Below, piece by piece: positions 61,689 to 64,000 of a stretch of DNA of 64,000 nt; positions within the stretch are counted from its first letter, which is position 1, and every line of letters starts with the position of its first letter. The DNA comes from Turneriellaceae bacterium (lineage in GTDB: Bacteria > Spirochaetota > Leptospiria > Turneriellales > JAOUFE01): positions 129,580 to 193,579 of the forward strand of contig JBNLDQ010000031.1 in NCBI GenBank assembly GCA_050304475.1, written 5' to 3'. The notes under the pieces were generated by a model, which was not told where the DNA came from, ran no database searches, and was given only the letters and a program-made list of their open reading frames with translations. The position numbers and the translations under genes are program-made.

Positions 61689-62594
61689 CTAGGTATTACT
61701 TTTCGAAGTCAAAGGGCGGGAAGCGACCAGATATAGATGAAGCGGTTTTTTACCATCTTTATAAACATCCAGCTGGATACCGGATGATACATCCGACTCT
61801 AAAGTCCATTGGGCGGCCGGCACAGGGGGTTCTCCGGGAAACAACGAGAAGGTAACATTTGCAAACCCCGCTTTCTTCATAATCATTAGTAAATTGGCCA
61901 GCGGCGTCGCCCGCAAATACGTATGATCAAGCTCGGCTTTCTTTTCGGAAAATCGGTATTCAATTGAAAAAAGAGCCCGGTCGGGCGCCTTAAATTCATA
62001 ATGGCGCAAAAAGCGAAAAGTTTCACCGTCAAGAGTCCCTTTTACCGGGGCAAACCGTAGCTCGCCCGCCGACATCAGCAAGTCGTAATTCAGCGTCTCA
62101 ACAAACCAACTGCCCCCCGGCGTCAAAGCCTCGTATACGGATGTTGCATAACGTTCCATTTCGCCCGCGGCGGTTAAGTGCGACCATGTATTTTCCAGGT
62201 TCAAGATAGCGTCAAAGCCCGAGACTGCCCGCCTAACGGCGCCGGCGGTGCTTTTTTGAACAACCAAACGGGCAATTTGTTTTAAATCGGTCATATCCGC
62301 CCGGTAAAAAGAGACGTTTACTTGCCGGGACCTTGCCAGTTCGGCGGCTTTTTGAACCATCTTTTCGTTTAAATCGACACCCGCCACGCAGTAACCGCGC
62401 CGGGCCAACTCTCGTGCATTCTGCCCCGTAGCGCACCCGTTTTCAAGGAGTAAAAAATCGGAAGCTTTTTTTTGTAGTGAGCCATTTTGCAAAGGACTGC
62501 TCTGCAAGATATTTTCAATCCAGTCGACAGTTTGCATTTGGATTGGCAGAACCTGTTCATACGTAGACGAAAGTAAATTATAAAAACTTTGCAT
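61689..62594 (-). CDS. Class I SAM-dependent methyltransferase
   Basis: LLLENGCATGQNARELARRGYCVAGVDLNEKMV gives motif I and the post-I acidic residue. Confidence 0.85.
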   Translation of the reverse strand: MQSFYNLLSSTYEQVLPIQMQTVDWIENILQSSPLQNGSLQKKASDFLLLENGCATGQNARELARRGYCVAGVDLNEKMVQKAAELARSRQVNVSFYRADMTDLKQIARLVVQKSTAGAVRRAVSGFDAILNLENTWSHLTAAGEMERYATSVYEALTPGGSWFVETLNYDLLMSAGELRFAPVKGTLDGETFRFLRHYEFKAPDRALFSIEYRFSEKKAELDHTYLRATPLANLLMIMKKAGFANVTFSLFPGEPPVPAAQWTLESDVSSGIQLDVYKDGKKPLHLYLVASRPLTSKSNT

Positions 62595-62606
62595 AAAAAC
62601 ATTAAA

Positions 62607-64000
62607 TTACAGTAAATCTACCGGGTCAAATTCCCACTCAAGATTCACGCCTTTGAGATCATGGTGGCCCGTTAGCATAAAGCGCTGGATGACGGCGCCA
62701 AAGCGTTGCAAGCGTTCCAGTTTACGATCACGGGCTATAAAATGCACCCGGTACTCTTCTTTGATTTTATACAAGGGAGCTTCTACCGGTCCGTCAATTT
62801 GTTCGGGCAGATCGACCGGCGCTTCGGTCTCAAACAATGAATTTTCATTGCTCATTTCACGTATTAAATCCCGTATCCGGTATGCCAAACGCCAGACACG
62901 CGCTTCGTCTTCGCTGCGGCACACTACGCGAAAGATCCGGCCGAACGGCGGAAAGTGAATGGTGCGCCGCAGTTCCAATTCGGTCCGGTAGAAAGAGTCA
63001 TAATCGCCCGCAAGGGCATTTTCAATGGCGTAATGGTGCGGTTGCATGGTTTGTACAATGACCTCGCCCCGCCCATGGCGGCCCGCCCGGCCGGAAGCCT
63101 GCACCAGCAATTGAAAAACCCGCTCGGCGGCCCGGTAATCGGGCAAGGCCAAACCGGCGTCGGCGTTAAGCAGGCCCACCAAAGTAACGCCCGGCATATC
63201 AAACCCCTTGGCAATCATCTGCGTGCCAATTAAAACCCGGATGCGCTTTTCGCGCATGGCCATGATGACATCTTCCGAATAATCCTTTTGCGCATTGGCC
63301 GTATCTTGGTCGAGCCGGGCGTACGCGATTTCCGGGAAATGAAAATCCATTGCATCGTCCACCCGCTGGATCCCCTTGCCAATCAATTTGCGGCGGGCAT
63401 GGCAAACCGGGCATCGATCCCGGTATGTTTCCTGGTATGAGCAAAGGTGGCATTTGAGTTGAAATTCGCCTGCCGCCCCCTTTACGCCGGCTTGGGTTTT
63501 GGTTGTTTTGTGATATGTCAATGCAACGCTGCACCTGGGGCATTGAGCCGACTCTTCGCAGACCGGGCAAAAAGCGTAATTGGCATAACCGCGGCGGTTT
63601 AAAAGCAGCATGACCTGGTTGCCCCGCTCCAGGTGCTCGCGCATTTTTTCGACCAAGAGCGGCGAAAAAACATCCGCGCCGGTATCTGCCGTGTCGTACC
63701 GCGGCACATGAATTTCAGGCAGGTCAAAACCGGTCGCTCGCTTGGTCAAACGATGGCGCATCGCCATACCGCGTTCCGCCAAGTAGGTTGTTTCAACCGC
63801 AGGCGTTGCCGACCCCATGACAATGGTTCGCGGCAAAGCAAAAGGCCACTCTCCATGAGACAAGCGTTCAAAGGCGGCCCATTTGGCGTGGTACCGCGGG
63901 TTGGAATTTTCTTTATAAGACGAATCATGCTCTTCATCCAATATAACCAACCCTAAATCGGTAACGGGAGCAAAAATAGCCGAGCGTGTCCCAACCACGA
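62607..64000 (-). CDS. priA: Primosomal protein N' (PriA helicase), C-terminal two-thirds; the gene runs off the right edge
   Basis: VVGTRSAIF...LVILDEEHDSSYK (DEEH box). A Cys-rich zinc region follows (CPVCEESAQCPRCSVALTYH...CHLCSY...CPVCH), then GTQMIAKG and QASGRAGR. The frame stays open to the window end. Confidence 0.9.
   Translation of the reverse strand, partial: VVGTRSAIFAPVTDLGLVILDEEHDSSYKENSNPRYHAKWAAFERLSHGEWPFALPRTIVMGSATPAVETTYLAERGMAMRHRLTKRATGFDLPEIHVPRYDTADTGADVFSPLLVEKMREHLERGNQVMLLLNRRGYANYAFCPVCEESAQCPRCSVALTYHKTTKTQAGVKGAAGEFQLKCHLCSYQETYRDRCPVCHARRKLIGKGIQRVDDAMDFHFPEIAYARLDQDTANAQKDYSEDVIMAMREKRIRVLIGTQMIAKGFDMPGVTLVGLLNADAGLALPDYRAAERVFQLLVQASGRAGRHGRGEVIVQTMQPHHYAIENALAGDYDSFYRTELELRRTIHFPPFGRIFRVVCRSEDEARVWRLAYRIRDLIREMSNENSLFETEAPVDLPEQIDGPVEAPLYKIKEEYRVHFIARDRKLERLQRFGAVIQRFMLTGHHDLKGVNLEWEFDPVDLL

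Overview
The window is a densely packed stretch of bacterial chromosome with about 60 protein-coding genes on both strands. I recognised no rRNA, tRNA, CRISPR array, transposase, integrase or prophage gene. LolA-like, LpxL-type and DUF374 acyltransferase, CcmC, SurA-like and giant beta-barrel genes indicate a diderm (Gram-negative-type) cell. Most of the content is housekeeping. It includes mfd (5' part), trmL, metF, gpsA, clpB, gmk-miaA-hfq, sppA, hisG, rpmF, pyrD and a class A PBP. It also includes zapB/zapA, hisZ, glyS, tsaC, SCO1/PCuAC copper chaperones and priA (3' part). The ORF track translates TTG and GTG starts as M and always takes the longest ORF, so I re-set several starts to internal ATGs that match family N-termini or remove overlaps. 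I also added one edge-truncated gene (mfd) that the track misses. All family calls rest on motifs read by eye and recalled family signatures, not on searches. No single locus is clearly an undescribed system. These are the loci most worth follow-up: (1) An envelope module at 2.1-6.3 kb. It pairs an exported caspase-like (C14) protease carrying a canonical EF-hand loop and beta-sandwich tail domains, tail-to-tail, with a membrane-anchored FGE-sulfatase-domain protein. A helical membrane protein is transcribed divergently. (2) A 1944-aa SprA-like candidate type IX secretion translocon, preceded by an orphan STAS gene. (3) A SppA with a roughly 280-aa beta-rich N-terminal extension. (4) A degenerate HD-GYP protein next to an intact GAF-GGDEF cyclase. 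(5) A close homologue of eukaryotic-type paraoxonase/arylesterase that carries a lipoprotein signal. (6) A 22-bp perfect palindrome between the PBP1A stop and pyrD. (7) A CIRCE-like operator fused to the clpB promoter.
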